Part shown: piece by piece, positions 35,996 to 48,100 of the stretch
How positions within the stretch are numbered: the stretch's first letter is position 1
Layout: each line of letters starts with the position of its first letter
Source of the DNA: Selaginella moellendorffii
Lineage: Eukaryota > Plantae > Lycopodiophyta
Direction of reading: 5' to 3'
DNA length: 64,000 nucleotides
Assembly: GCF_000143415.4 (NCBI RefSeq)
Contig: NW_003314316.1
Location: forward strand, 194,048-258,047
Notes under the pieces: generated by a model
Told to the model about the DNA's origin: nothing
Seen by the model: the letters and a program-made list of their open reading frames with translations, nothing else
Database searches by the model: none
Position numbers and translations under genes: made by a program

Positions 35996-36670
35996 TTACT
36001 CGGAGTGCTTCTTCGATGGCTTTTGGACGATGAAGCTGATGCACTGGACTTGCCTGATGTTGTCAAATCCAAGAACCCTAATGTAGGCATTGGGATACAT
36101 AGATTTGCACTCCTCGATTTCCCTTAAAACTTGAGCTGGATCACTGCAGCCAAACATTGGGAGCTTCCAAAGAGTCCAGTAGCGACCGTCGTAGTAACCA
36201 GGTTCTCGCGAGTTCTCACGGCTAATCGCCCCAACCTTATTAGATCAAGAAACCCGTCAGGAACTCCCGAAGATAAAAGTAAACTTGAGAACATTACGTG
36301 ATCGAATTCGAGGCAGGGAATCCAGTTCTTGCTCAGCATGTAGTCGATCTCTCTGGCAACGTTGTCGGGTGACAAAGGGGGCAAATACGAGAGCGTTTCG
36401 AACCGGGAATTGGAGAGCGGGCAAACAATCTTGCAAGATTTGCGCTCTGGATTTGAGAGGATTAAAAACGATATATAATCTTACCTGCATGCAATTCACG
36501 CGGCTGCCACTCGAAACCCTGGATGTCTTTGCGATCAAATTTCGGAAAGCTCTTGTTGCTCCCTTGAGCGGCCATAGGAACGACGATCTTGGCGAAGATC
36601 TAGATGTTGATCTGGGATGATCCCACACGCCACCGGGAAATCGCAAGAACACACTCGCAGCGGCTGCCAT
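35996..36670 (-). CDS. rbcS: Rubisco small subunit (T-type-like), 3 exons
   Basis: Exons 36670-36485, 36429-36298, 36235-35996. [56 protein letters not shown]. Confidence 0.95.
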
Positions 36671-36824
36671 AAGATCGTCAATCACTCTCGCCGGTGATTA
36701 AATATCCGGGTATCGCACGAAAATAATACTCGTTGCGAAAGCTGCCTACTTTTGTCACTACCTCGATATTGCATGTGCGAGGTGGCAAAATTTAAGAAAA
36801 CTAGGGTATAGTATGATTCCTTCT

Positions 36825-36904
36825 TGTTGACAGTGGGGTTCGAACCCACGCCCTATCGGACCAGAACCTTAATCTGGCGCCTTAGACCACTCGGCCATGT
36901 CAAC
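36825..36904 (-). tRNA. trnL-AAG: tRNA-Leu(AAG)
   Basis: Reverse complement GTTGACATGGCCGAGTGGTCTAAGGCGCCAGATTAAGGTTCTGGTCCGATAGGGCGTGGGTTCGAACCCCACTGTCAACA; long variable arm; anticodon AAG. Confidence 0.95.
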
Positions 36905-37555
36905 CGCGATGATACGTGGAAATCTTTTTGACTCCACACCACATTTGCTACATTTGAAGCTTCGCAACTTACCTTTATCTTTGTGATCATCCCATCATAG
37001 TTTTGATTCCATGAAACTTCAGCGCTAGATAGTTCTTAAAACCTTTTGGCTAGTGGGAATCGCCCGGACCCGACTGGAACAACTCTTTGACTCTTTCAGA
37101 TTGGCTTTGAAATTCCTGCGAGAGGAGATAGATTTGGTATTCTTCAAAGATGGAACTAACAGCACATTTTCATCATCCAAGACGTGTCTCCAGATCTTTC
37201 CATGGGACCACTGCCCTTTTAGGGCAGGCATGTAACCTCAAATTCCCGTGCCGTAAACAACCACACAGGGGCGGGTGTACGGCATTTGACAACGTTGGTT
37301 TCGTACACGGCGGTACTTGGTAGTCGGTGGCTGTACACGTCAGCTTACTGCCTACACGTTGTCGCACTGGCAGCCGCTGGATTGACACACACGGTGGGTC
37401 GCCGCCGTCGATCTTAGGGAAGCTCGTTGAGGGTTTCCGGGCATTTAAAGGGGCAGGAGCGGTCTCCATCGATCGATCGTAGCATCTCGATCCAAACGAG
37501 TGGGATGCGTGTAAGCCTGTGAGGGTTGTGGATCGATCGATCAGTGCGGTCGATC

Positions 37556-40178
37556 ATGGATTCTCTGCTCGGCAAGTCGATTCTTGCGGCATTTCCTCGA
37601 TCGCGATCGCAGGCGCTGGCGGATGCCGCCCCTCGGCCTTGCGCGGCGAAGGTGAGCAATGGCCAGCAGCCGGCATCGACGTCGTCCAGTGCTACGAATT
37701 CTGGAACGCTGCCGCTTCCGCCACGGTCTTCGCTCCCCGGCCCGTTGAAATTTCTATGGTTTTCCAAGAATCAGGGTGAAATCTCGCCCAGCGATCCATT
37801 CTCGGTTCCCGAATCGCTGGAGACCAGCAATGCGAGCGGCGAGCTGCTGGTGGGATCGGACGCTGCCGACGAAGAAGTGATCGATCCAAACGGTAGGTCT
37901 TGGGCTCAGAATATTTGGGGATTGCGGGCTTTGATGGGGAGAAGCTCCATCGCGCAAGAAGAATCTGGAAGCGTGATGGTTGAGGACGACACCGCCATTC
38001 CACCGCCATCGTTACCGCCAAGGCAAGGTATTCCAGAATCCGAAAGTGGAAATTTAGAGGAAGAGAGAGCAGGGGCTCAATCGTGTCTGGAATGCGAGGT
38101 GGATGGCTGCTCGATTGAAAGCTCTTCGATGCTGGAAGTTTCTCACGTCCAAGTCTCTCACACCAGGGAATCCTTCTCCAAATTTTTGCAACCGGTGTCC
38201 TTGCGAGAGGCCAGAGTGATCGCTCGAATGTCACACCTTTGCAACCTTGCGTATAGAGTCGGCGACATCGAGGTACGAAACTCTCGCTAGATTTTCTTTC
38301 TTCTCTTTTGTCTTTTCTATCGCCAACTAACTTGTGCCGCGTGCTCTTTCGTTCCAGCCCAGTAATTTACTTCACACCCACGGCTTGGAATTTATAACTT
38401 CGTCTTTGGTCAAGAAAGAGCAAGCGCTGTCCAAAGAGCGAGCTTCTTCAGTTTCTTCCAATGAAAACGAAGAAAGCGATGGAGGGTCCCCTCGTATTGG
38501 GCAGAGGTTTTCCATATCTCCAGCCTCGGCGTATTCAGTGGCGTCGGCTGTAGCATCTTACCTTCACTCTCAGACAACGTCGCTCCTCCGCCATAGAAAA
38601 AAAGTTAACGAGGCAGCTGGAGATGCACTTAAAGATCAGAGATTTGGAGCTGTGAATGGGGACGGGCAGGAGGAGGCGGCGGATTATGAGTCGTCAGAGA
38701 TGGCTACTTTAATCGCCTCCTCGCCTGTGACTGCGGTGGTGGCTGCCAAAGAGGGCACAAAGGATGCAGTGGCCAAAGACTTGCAGTCCCTGCACAACTG
38801 CCCGTGTGAGTGGTACTGCTGCGACGACAGGAAGAGCTCCACGCGACACTTTGTTATTCAGGTAATCCGCTTTTGATTTGCGCTAACAGGAGTTTTAGCT
38901 GGCATGTCTTCAATCTCCAGGGATCCGAATCGCTGGCGTCCTGGCAAGCCAATTTGTTATTCGAGCCGACGCACTTCGAGGTCAGCTAACTCCATTTTCT
39001 ATGTGTGGAGGGTGGTGTTTTATTATTCTTTCGTTTGTGGACAGGATAGTAGCCTTGGTGTCTTCGTTCACAGGGGTATTTACGAAGCAGCGAAGGGACT
39101 TTATGAGCAGTTGCTGCCTTGCGTCCTCGAGCATCTACGCTTGCATGGGGACCAAGCACGGCTTTGCTTTACAGGGCACTCTTTAGGAGGCAGCCTTGCT
39201 ACGCTCGTGTCCCTAATGCTCCGGATTCGGGGGGTGGTGCAACGAGAAGCGTTGTTGCCTGTCTTGACTTTCGGCTCGCCATGCATCCTGTGTGGCGGCG
39301 ATTACCTCCTCGACAAGCTGGGCCTACCAAAAGATCACATTCGCTCAGTCATGCTACACCGCGACATTGTTCCCAGGACTTTTGCGTGTAACTATCCCGA
39401 TCACGTCGCGGAGATTCTCAAGAGATTAAACGGCAACTTTCGGGATCACCCGTGCCTCAACAACCAGGTAAGAAAACTTTTTTCTTCCTCGACATCTTTC
39501 TAGTCACACTCAATACTGAACTTTGCGATGACACAGAAATTACTTTACGCGCCAATGGGCCAGTTTATACTCTTGCAACCCAGCGAGGACGTTGCCCCGC
39601 CGCATCCACTGCTACCGCCGGGTCTAGGACTTTACGTGATGAGGCATCCGGGGGAAGGGAACTGTAGCAGCAAGGTAGAGTTTAGAGCAGCGCAGCGGGC
39701 CTTTCTCAACTCGCCACACCCGCTGGAGATCTTGAGCGACCCGGGTGCTTACGGCTCCGACGGGGCGATCTGCAGGGACCATGATCCACGGAGCTACATG
39801 AAGTGTATCACGGGCGCAGTGCGGCAGGAAGCCAAGAGGAGTAGACGATTGAAGCGGCAGCAGCGGCGGGGACTTTGGTGGCCTCTTATCACGGCGGAGT
39901 TGTCATCCATGTTTAGAGACGGTGGTGGTGGTGGTGGTGGTGGTGGACAGGATAGAACTTTTTTAGTTCCAGGAACCACAACAGCAGGAAGAGGGGCAGT
40001 GGTTCTTTCCGGATCGTCGGCGCCGGGGCCAAGTGTGGTGGCGGCGGAGAGATTCTACGCGGGTGTTGTTCGTGGGATCCACGAGCACAGGAGGCAGGGT
40101 CAGGTGGTTCTTCTATTCTTTTTCTCGGTGAAGCTGGCGCTCATGCAAGGCTTTGCTGCGTTCTTCGCTTGGGGGTAG
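37556..40178 (+). CDS. PLIP: Plastid phospholipase A1 (PLIP-like, lipase class 3)
   Basis: [52 protein letters not shown] (GxSxG), [15 protein letters not shown]...RDHD; ~5 exons. Confidence 0.9.
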
Positions 40179-41416
40179 TCGAGGTCGAGGACTCCAGGAA
40201 GAACAGAGGAAGTGTCATCTTTTTGGATTGGAAGAAATCCAATCGCCGGGGATAGAACTTCTCATTTAGAAGAAATCCAATCCCTTGGGGATAGAAACTT
40301 TGAGGAGGACATTTTTTGTACAAACATTGGGGTGTAAATATTACTGTCGGCATCGATTTATTCTATTTATCTCGTTACCTGAAATAGCGAAGAACACGGC
40401 ACGCAAGTGTATAAAAGTTGGGGAGTGTGTCCAAGCTAGTAGTTGCTGTCGTGCAGCTTTTGGGATACATTTCTTCGGACGTGAGCATCGCAATGCAATG
40501 CGGCGAAGGACACGTGGACATTAAAAAAACAATTTTATTTATTTGTGTTTAGAAAAACCACATGACGAAGAAGACAAGGACCATGGACAAATAGATAATG
40601 TTCCCGTACAAAATCTCCTCGTGTTTTTCCCATTTGATCTCTCTTTTGGGGATTTTTAGCTTTAAATTCTAGTGGAATGGGATGGTGGCTCTGTCAACCA
40701 CCAGCAGCTGCAGAATGGAAAAAAAAAGCTTCTTTTAGTCCATCAGGATCAGCAAAAAAGAAAAGAGAGTGATCGATCGATCGAGCGATCAATCGCGCAA
40801 GTCGTATAGAGCATGAACGTAGTAGAGAATAGATTGATTCGTAAGTTACTATACAGTCATGTTATAAAAGTGGAAGCAACGCAGGAGACGAGGGAGAGAG
40901 CTATACAAAAAAAATCCACTCACTGCCTTTCTTTACTTCATCTTCTCTCGATCCCGGAGCTAAAAAAGAGAGGGAGGAGAAAAACAAAGGAGAAAACAAA
41001 GCTGACGAACATGGAGGCACAAGCCGCGATGAGAGAGAGAGAGAGAGATAAGAAAGATGGAAATGGAGGGAGACTCGCGAAAAAAAGGATATAATACATT
41101 ACCACCACCGCCGCGCCGCCACCGTCGTCGCATCGACCACCACCACCATCGCCGCCTCCACAAAGTAAAGCTTGTTCTCGTCTCTTCTTCGTTGGCTCCG
41201 TGTCTCACTTCCAAGTGCTCTAAAAACTCTGCTGCTTCTGCTCTCGTCACTGTGATGAAGATGAACTGAGGAAAACTCCTGCTGCTCTGCCGGTTGATGA
41301 AACTCTCACTTCTCTTTTCTTTTTTTATGTCTGTCGGTCGAAGAAATCCTCCCCTCTCTGCCGTGCGACCGGGAGGAACTTTTCCCTTTCTTTTCTCCTT
41401 GTTTGCTCGTCTTGAA

Positions 41417-42528
41417 TCACGGACTCCTGGAGGCCAAAGTTAGGTGCTCGACGCTTGTCTGCAGCGCAAGCCTCTCCGACACATCCGCCAATGATTTGAG
41501 GTTGCACTTGATCACTGTCTCCACGAAGAAACATGTGTCCTCCTTACTGTTCCCTTCGGGAGTGTCCACAACGTACGACTCGATCGCCAATGTCCCGGGC
41601 CTACCGTTGATCATCTCGGAGTGGAGCGTGATTATAGACCAGTAATTCTGAAAGAAAAGATCCACTGCTGTGAGATGATGATGAAAGATAGCATTCACGA
41701 GCTGTAGAAAAAGGAAAATCCAGCCGACACTGTGCGAGTGAAGCGAGGGAGATAACGAGGCGATAAGAAAAATAGTTTAAGAGAAAAAGAAAACAAGAGG
41801 AAACTTCGAGAAACTTTGGATGAGATGGGAAGAACAATTCGAAAAGAAAAGCGAGAGAGAGGGAGAAAAGAAAAGTGTACCTTGAGTCGATGATCTCCTC
41901 CAAGGATCCGGTAACTAAAGATGTGCTCCTCCTCGTCCAGGATCTCCAGCCTCTCGGTGCTGCTCGTGGCTGGAAGCCCCGTTACCACATTCACGTTTCG
42001 GATGCTCCCGACTTTGCCATCGCCATTCACAGTGCAGCTCTGGATGAATCTCTTGTAGCCTTGCGGTTGGTCAAATCTCCGGACGAGCGACCACACCTGC
42101 GCAAGAACAAAAGAGAGAAAAATCTCAGCTAGAGAGTAAGATCAAGCGCTCTTGGTTGTGAGAAATCGAGAGAGATAGGTGTTTGGGAGGTGACAAGAAG
42201 TCGAGAGATCGCAAAGAATGGATGCTCGGATGCTTGGTTGTGAGTAATCGAGAGAGCTACACCCTTTGGAAGAAAGTGGAGTTTGTTAGATCACTAGAAT
42301 GCAAGAAAGCAAGCAATGTACTACACAGATTTCACGAATCTCGCATCAAATTCCTAGAACAGCACGATCTCCTAGCAAATTCCTAACGAGGAGAGTGAGA
42401 GGGCTTACCAGCTGCACGGGCGCATTGATGCGTTTGATGAGGATGGATCCACACTGATACTCTTGCATCTCGTGCTTGTGGTAGCGCCATATGTGCTCCT
42501 CCTCCCTAGACAATGCGTTGCTGCTCAT
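41417..42528 (-). CDS. PYL: PYR/PYL/RCAR abscisic acid receptor (subfamily I-like, two introns)
   Basis: [18 protein letters not shown], gate [14 protein letters not shown], latch [27 protein letters not shown]. Confidence 0.95.
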
Positions 42529-42618
42529 CTCATCGATCGATCGATCCCTTCCCCTGCTAGAGCGGCTAGAGCTCTCACTCGCTCGTTCGATTAGAACCCT
42601 AGAAAACCAAAAGGGAAC

Positions 42619-42623
<5 letters not shown>

Positions 42624-42657
<34 letters not shown>
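42624..42657. repeat. (GA)n microsatellite in PYL 5' region
   Basis: About 17 AG units ~100 bp upstream of the PYL ATG. Confidence 0.9.
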
Positions 42658-42661
<4 letters not shown>

Positions 42662-43494
42662 AAAAAAAGAGAAGAACAATTTTCGTGGATAATAAAAACT
42701 TTCCAGGTAACACCTGTATCAGATGTTACCGCTCCCACGAAACGACCTATACGGTCCCACGCGCATCAAGGAGTAGAAAGTCGCCTTCCCCGGCCAGGGG
42801 GAATATTCCCCACCTCGCGGAAAAGAATAATTTCGTGCTTGGCTTTTCAGGCCCATCAAGAGCTTCACATGCTTCCCTTGTGCGCTGCCTTTCACGCTTC
42901 TTTCCTTGGAAGCTACCTCCTTTAGACATAAACTTAACTTCTTCTTCATCCATTTGCTTCTTCCATTTTGGAGCTCTCGATCGATTCAATAGCTTGGTCG
43001 CTGAGAGCTTGGAAGATCACGGGGTCATTCCAGAACCCAAGGAGAAACTCTTCGCATAAGAAACCAAAGTTAAAGTTTCCAGTCAAAAAACCAAGCTGAA
43101 GCGTTCTTTCAAACTTGACACAGTAGCTCGCGAGCGATTGTCTCGGTCAAAACCTCTAGTCTGGGATTAATAAACAAAAGCAAAGCTTTCTCTACACAAG
43201 ATGGAGCTTACCTTGCAGCTAAGTATGACTTTGAGGACGATGAAAGACGACGAACGATCCATTCTTCGAGGCTGTCCACGCATGAGATCGCTTGGGGCCA
43301 ACCAGATCCTTCCGCAGGCCGCTTTCAGCCACCCCCCTCATCCATGTGAATTCGTCAATTCCTTTTTTCCTTTGTGTCGTTATCCCTGGAAGAGTTTGGT
43401 AAGTGAAGTATGCGTTCCTTCGAAGGGGGAACAATAAAAGGTATGAAAGGGAAGGAGCTTACCAGCTTTTATTTGTTTCTTTTCTTGCGAAGAC

Positions 43495-44414
43495 CTAGAC
43501 CCTGGAGCTCGCAAACCTCTTCTCGAAAAGCCTGCGCAGTAAATAGACTTGGAGCAGGCTTGCAGAGATCAAGGCCGCCGACTCCACCACGGCTTTATAA
43601 ACCACTCGCTTGCTCATTGCGTTGTTCACTGCAAGCACCATAAAACCGGAGCCGAGTCCAAACACGAGCCAGTCAGTCACTCCCCTTGGACGGGAAACAG
43701 AGAACAAAAACGAATTTAAGAGCCAAGCGACAATGCACTTACAGACGGATTGACGCTCAGTCTGAGCTTGCAGCCAGTGCTGCTCGAAAGAAACACTGTA
43801 GAGAGCCTCCTCAAGTCTCGCGATCTGTCCCATCAGTGGGTCAATGTGGTCTGCAAAGCAACGAGCGTCACCAAAAGTTCACGAAAAAAAAAGAGAGAGA
43901 ATTTTGTTCTTACCATCCTTTGCATGATCGTCCGGCGGGGGAAAGTGGCCAACGTAAACGTCGAAAGCAATGGTTTCGTGAACTGGAGAGAGATTGTGGA
44001 AGCAAAACTTGTAGAGGCCTTTGCTATGTGCCACAAACTGGCTCTTTTCCTCGGGCTTGTTGCGAACATCGTAGGCTTGAATGCCTCCAGGCCCCTCGAC
44101 CTGGCCAAAGAACACAAAAAAAAAACCATAAGACTTTGCTGTGATCCATGAAAAAAAAATCCAAGCACTGCTTCTTCTAAGCTAGAGATTTCCTTCCTGT
44201 GCTAGACGATTACCACTAGATCCACGCCGGCTTGCTCGAATCCCCAGGTACTGTCCGATTTGACCACCACGTACGAGACATGGACCAAATCGCCGTCATA
44301 CTCCACCGGATGAGCGAAGCACTCCTTCCTGTCGATCACGAATCGCAGCGCCTGTGCGGAGCTCGCCGAGAGGAGAAGAATTGAGAGAGCCAGCGGCAGC
44401 AGCGGCAGCGCCAT
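43495..44414 (-). CDS. p24/TMED (emp24/GOLD) cargo receptor, beta-like
   Basis: Signal peptide, LRFVIDRKECF, GLYKFCFHN GOLD motif, coiled coil, TM helix and LRRLFE tail; 4 exons. Confidence 0.92.
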
Positions 44415-44485
44415 CGTGAATCGCGCCACGATCTCTCCTATAAACCCTAAATAGGGCTCTAATGGGCCAAACGCGCTTCTTTTCT

Positions 44486-44939
44486 TTAGTTTTTTCTCTT
44501 CGCCTCGATCCAGGGATCCGGCTCCTGGCCAAATCCGCTGCTCGGATCTTCCCAATTCTCGCGCGAATCACCGTCGGCCCTGCGGCTGCCGTGCTGCGCG
44601 ATGTACTCCTTCATCCAATCCTGCCTCTTCTTCTCGTGCTCTTCGATGCCGAAGATTATGTCGAGCATCGTCCCGGTGGTGCCGTAGATGAGCAGTGGCG
44701 CCAGCGATTTGCGTTTCATTCCCACTGGAATCGCGGCAAGCGCCCCCACAACCGAGAAGAGCCACCAGCTGCGAGGTAGTAGCAGAGATTTTCAGCAAAT
44801 GTGGCTTCAAATCGATCGATCTCTACCTACGAAATGGAACCTCCTTGTCAAGATCGATCTCCGGAGGGAGCTGATCCAGAAGCTCCTCGATCTCCTTCTG
44901 CTTTTGGCGGCTCCTCTCGGTGCCCAACACGCTCCCCAT
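44486..44939 (-). CDS. Conserved small plant membrane protein of unknown function, 2 exons
   Basis: MGSVLG...LPPEIDLDKEVPFR spliced to SWWLFSVVGALAAIPVGMKRKSLAPLLIYGTTGTMLDIIFG...; telo-box AAACCCTA at 44949. Confidence 0.75.
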
Positions 44940-45142
44940 TGCTCCCTAAAACCCTAGCAATCCCCCCAAGGATTTTTGGGGGCTTCTAAGATGAACGGAG
45001 GAGATTAATATTTCACGTACACAAGCCAATTTACACGTTCCCTCTCTCGTGTTCTTCTCATGGTACTCGAGCCATACTCGAGCCATACTTGAGCCACCAT
45101 TGCGAGCGAGGAAACTGTCGATCGATCCATCGAATGGAGCGA

Positions 45143-48100
45143 TCAAGCCGATTGTGGAACCAGCTGCTCGGCGATGGTTTCATCGCTAAATGCTTCGTTT
45201 GCTTCCGGCGTGTCTTCCTCGCTGGGCGGAACGAGCTGCCAGAACTTTGGAAGAAATGCGTCCCAGTTTTGGAGAATATGGATTGCTCTGCTGCTCCCAG
45301 TCTTGTCCTGCGTAGCGCGACGAAAACAATGAGAAAAACCATTCCAGTACCTTGTAAAACAAGAGTAAAGAGTGTTCTCTCTTCTTACCACATGAGCTTG
45401 GATCAGTCGACGAAGCTGGACTTGTCCCGCGGGAGCGGTCACTCTTTGCATCCTTACAATCTCTTTGTTCACCTGTTAAGTTTGAAAGAGAACTTAGAAC
45501 GGCGAATCCAGAAAGTTCTTCACTCGTGTACCTTTGGGGTGAGCGTGTCATCTTCGTCCAGGAAATATGCCAAGCCACCGGTCATACCAGCACCGACGTT
45601 TCGGCCAACTCTGCCCGACGAAACGTTAAAACACGAAAGAGAGAAGGAAAGTTTGTTTTTCGTACTTTCCGAGAGAGACTACGCAGCCTCCAGTCATGTA
45701 CTCGCAGCAGTGATCCCCGGCACCTTCCACAACAGCCTCCGCGCGGCTGTTTCGAACCGCAAATCGTTCGCCAGCCTTCCCGCGTGAATAGAACTGGCCT
45801 CCAGTAGCTCCATAGAGGCATGTATTGCCAATGATTGTGGAGTCCTCAGGCACGAAGCCGGTCTTCTCGGGTGGAGTAATAACTAGCTCCCCGCCAGCCA
45901 TTCCCTGAAACAAAACATTTTCTTTCTTCTTTTGAATGATAGAAGAAAAGTCAGTAAGTCACCTTGCCAACGTAGTCATTAGATTCTCCAATAAGCCGGA
46001 TGTTCATCCCCGGAGTCAAGAAACATCCAAAGGATTGGCCTGCGCTGCCAATAAATCTACGCAGAAAACGCATGTGTGAGAGATAATTCGAAAGCACGCA
46101 TACATGCGCACTTACGTTATGTTCAACTGTCCAGCGAAACCGGTGTCGCCGTAAGCTTTGGCGATGGAGCCTGCAATTCGTCCACAGACTGCACGATCGA
46201 CATTATAGATCTTGAATGTCTTGGATATCGTCTTCTCGTCAGCGATTGCCTCCGAGATCTGAAGCATGCAAGCGTTATATACAGTGTAAAGATGATAACA
46301 AATGATGATAACAGATACTACCTCAGGATCAGCCAACACCACATCGTCAAGTACAGGTCCGTTGGTATGAACATTTTGACGCCTTATTTGGGTGCTTGAA
46401 AGCTTTGGCAACCCAGCGTTCTGTAATGCACGAACTTACAGCGAGCGAAAGGGTATAAAATAGAAAGAATACCGATAGCAAGTAACTCAAGTCGAGTAGT
46501 CGCGTTTTTACGAGGGGAACATGTCTTGGTTGCAAAAGCTCCGTTCTTCCAATCACGTCGTCGAGCTTTTCATAGCCAAGATGAGCAAGCAGGCCCCGCA
46601 CCTATTTATAAAAAATGATGAGAGTATGGACCAAATACAATCCATTATCAAAGAAAACTCCTACCTCTTCAGCAACGTACAAGAAGAAATTACAAAGATC
46701 ATTTGGTACTCCGGGAAATCGAGCACGCAACTCTTCCCTCTACGCATTGTTTAGAAAAGCTTCATTAAAAGAAAATAATCACGTCCTGAAGAAAGTTACC
46801 TGGCTAGCAACACCAACTGGGCAATTGTTGGTATGACAGATACGAGCCATGATGCATCCCGTTGCTATCATCGCTACCGATCCAAATCCATATTCATCAG
46901 CTCCCATAGCAGCAGCCATCAAAACATCCATGCCGCTTTTAAATCCACCATCGACACGAAGAACAACTCGTTCCCGAAGCCCATTCAACAAGAGAGCCTG
47001 ACGGAGAAAGAACAAGAAATAAAGAGCTTAAATTCGAGAAAGTTTGAAAAGTTCGTTCGAACTGCACCTGTTGTGTCTCTGTCAACCCGAGTTCCCAAGG
47101 GCCCCCGGCATGCTTTATTGAGCTGATTGGACTGGCCCCAGTTCCACCGTCGTGTCCAGATATCTAAAGACAAAACGTAAGTTGGCAACAAAGGTTGAAA
47201 CAAATTGAAACGCACCTGTATAATGTCTGCATTAGCCTTGGCAACACCGCTTGCTACAGTGCCAATACCCGCCTCTGCAACAAGCTTCACAGATACTTTG
47301 GCACGGGGATTCACCTGTCAACACAATGCATGAGAAGCGGAACGACAAATGTCGAACACGTACCTGATGAAGGTCAAAAATTAGCTGTGCTAAATCCTCG
47401 ATTGAGTAGATATCGTGATGGGGAGGAGGAGAAATAAGTGGCACACCAGGTTTGGAGTTTCGCAGGACAGCAATGTAAGTACTAACTTTCTTTCCAGGCA
47501 ATTGGCCACCTTCCCCGGGCTTAGCACCTTGTGCAATCTTAATTTCGAGCTGGTCCGCATTCGCCAAAAACGTTGGCGTGACACCAAAGCGTCCAGACGC
47601 AACCTTAACACCCGAATACCAGTTTAAATGAGATCTCTGAAAACGACTGCGCACCTGTTTGATCACACTTGTCGCGGTATCCCCATTTTGCAATCCTCTA
47701 AGATGTGGTAATGTCGGCGAATAACCATCCACTACGTCCGTCAAATGCCTCCAGCGTACAGGATCCTGAAACGACCATTGATAATCCACCATAAAAGAAC
47801 GAAAATATACCTCGCCTCCTTCGCCAGAATTTGATTTGCCACCTAGCCTGTTCATTGCAATTGCAATCACTTCGTGTGTTTCCCTCGAAATAGCTCCTAG
47901 GGACATGCCTCCAGTACAGAAGCGTTCCACGATACTGGTGGCAGGTTCTATTCTTGACAGTGGAATGGGTTCTCTGTCGCTTTTTAAAGTAAGGAGATCC
48001 CGAAGAACCTGTAAATCAGGTTGGGACGCTCAAGAAAATGATTTTGAACAGAAACACCAAACTACTCACATTTACAGGACGGTCACTCAGGTGGTTTTGA

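Noticed and set aside
40700-41400. Low-complexity GA/CCA-rich stretch with short ORFs
   Set aside because: Consistent with the PYL 3'UTR; no known miRNA sequence recognised.
41965-41985. PYL gate loop TGLPA instead of SGLPA
   Set aside because: The Thr variant occurs in other subfamily I receptors; latch and ABA-binding Lys are intact.
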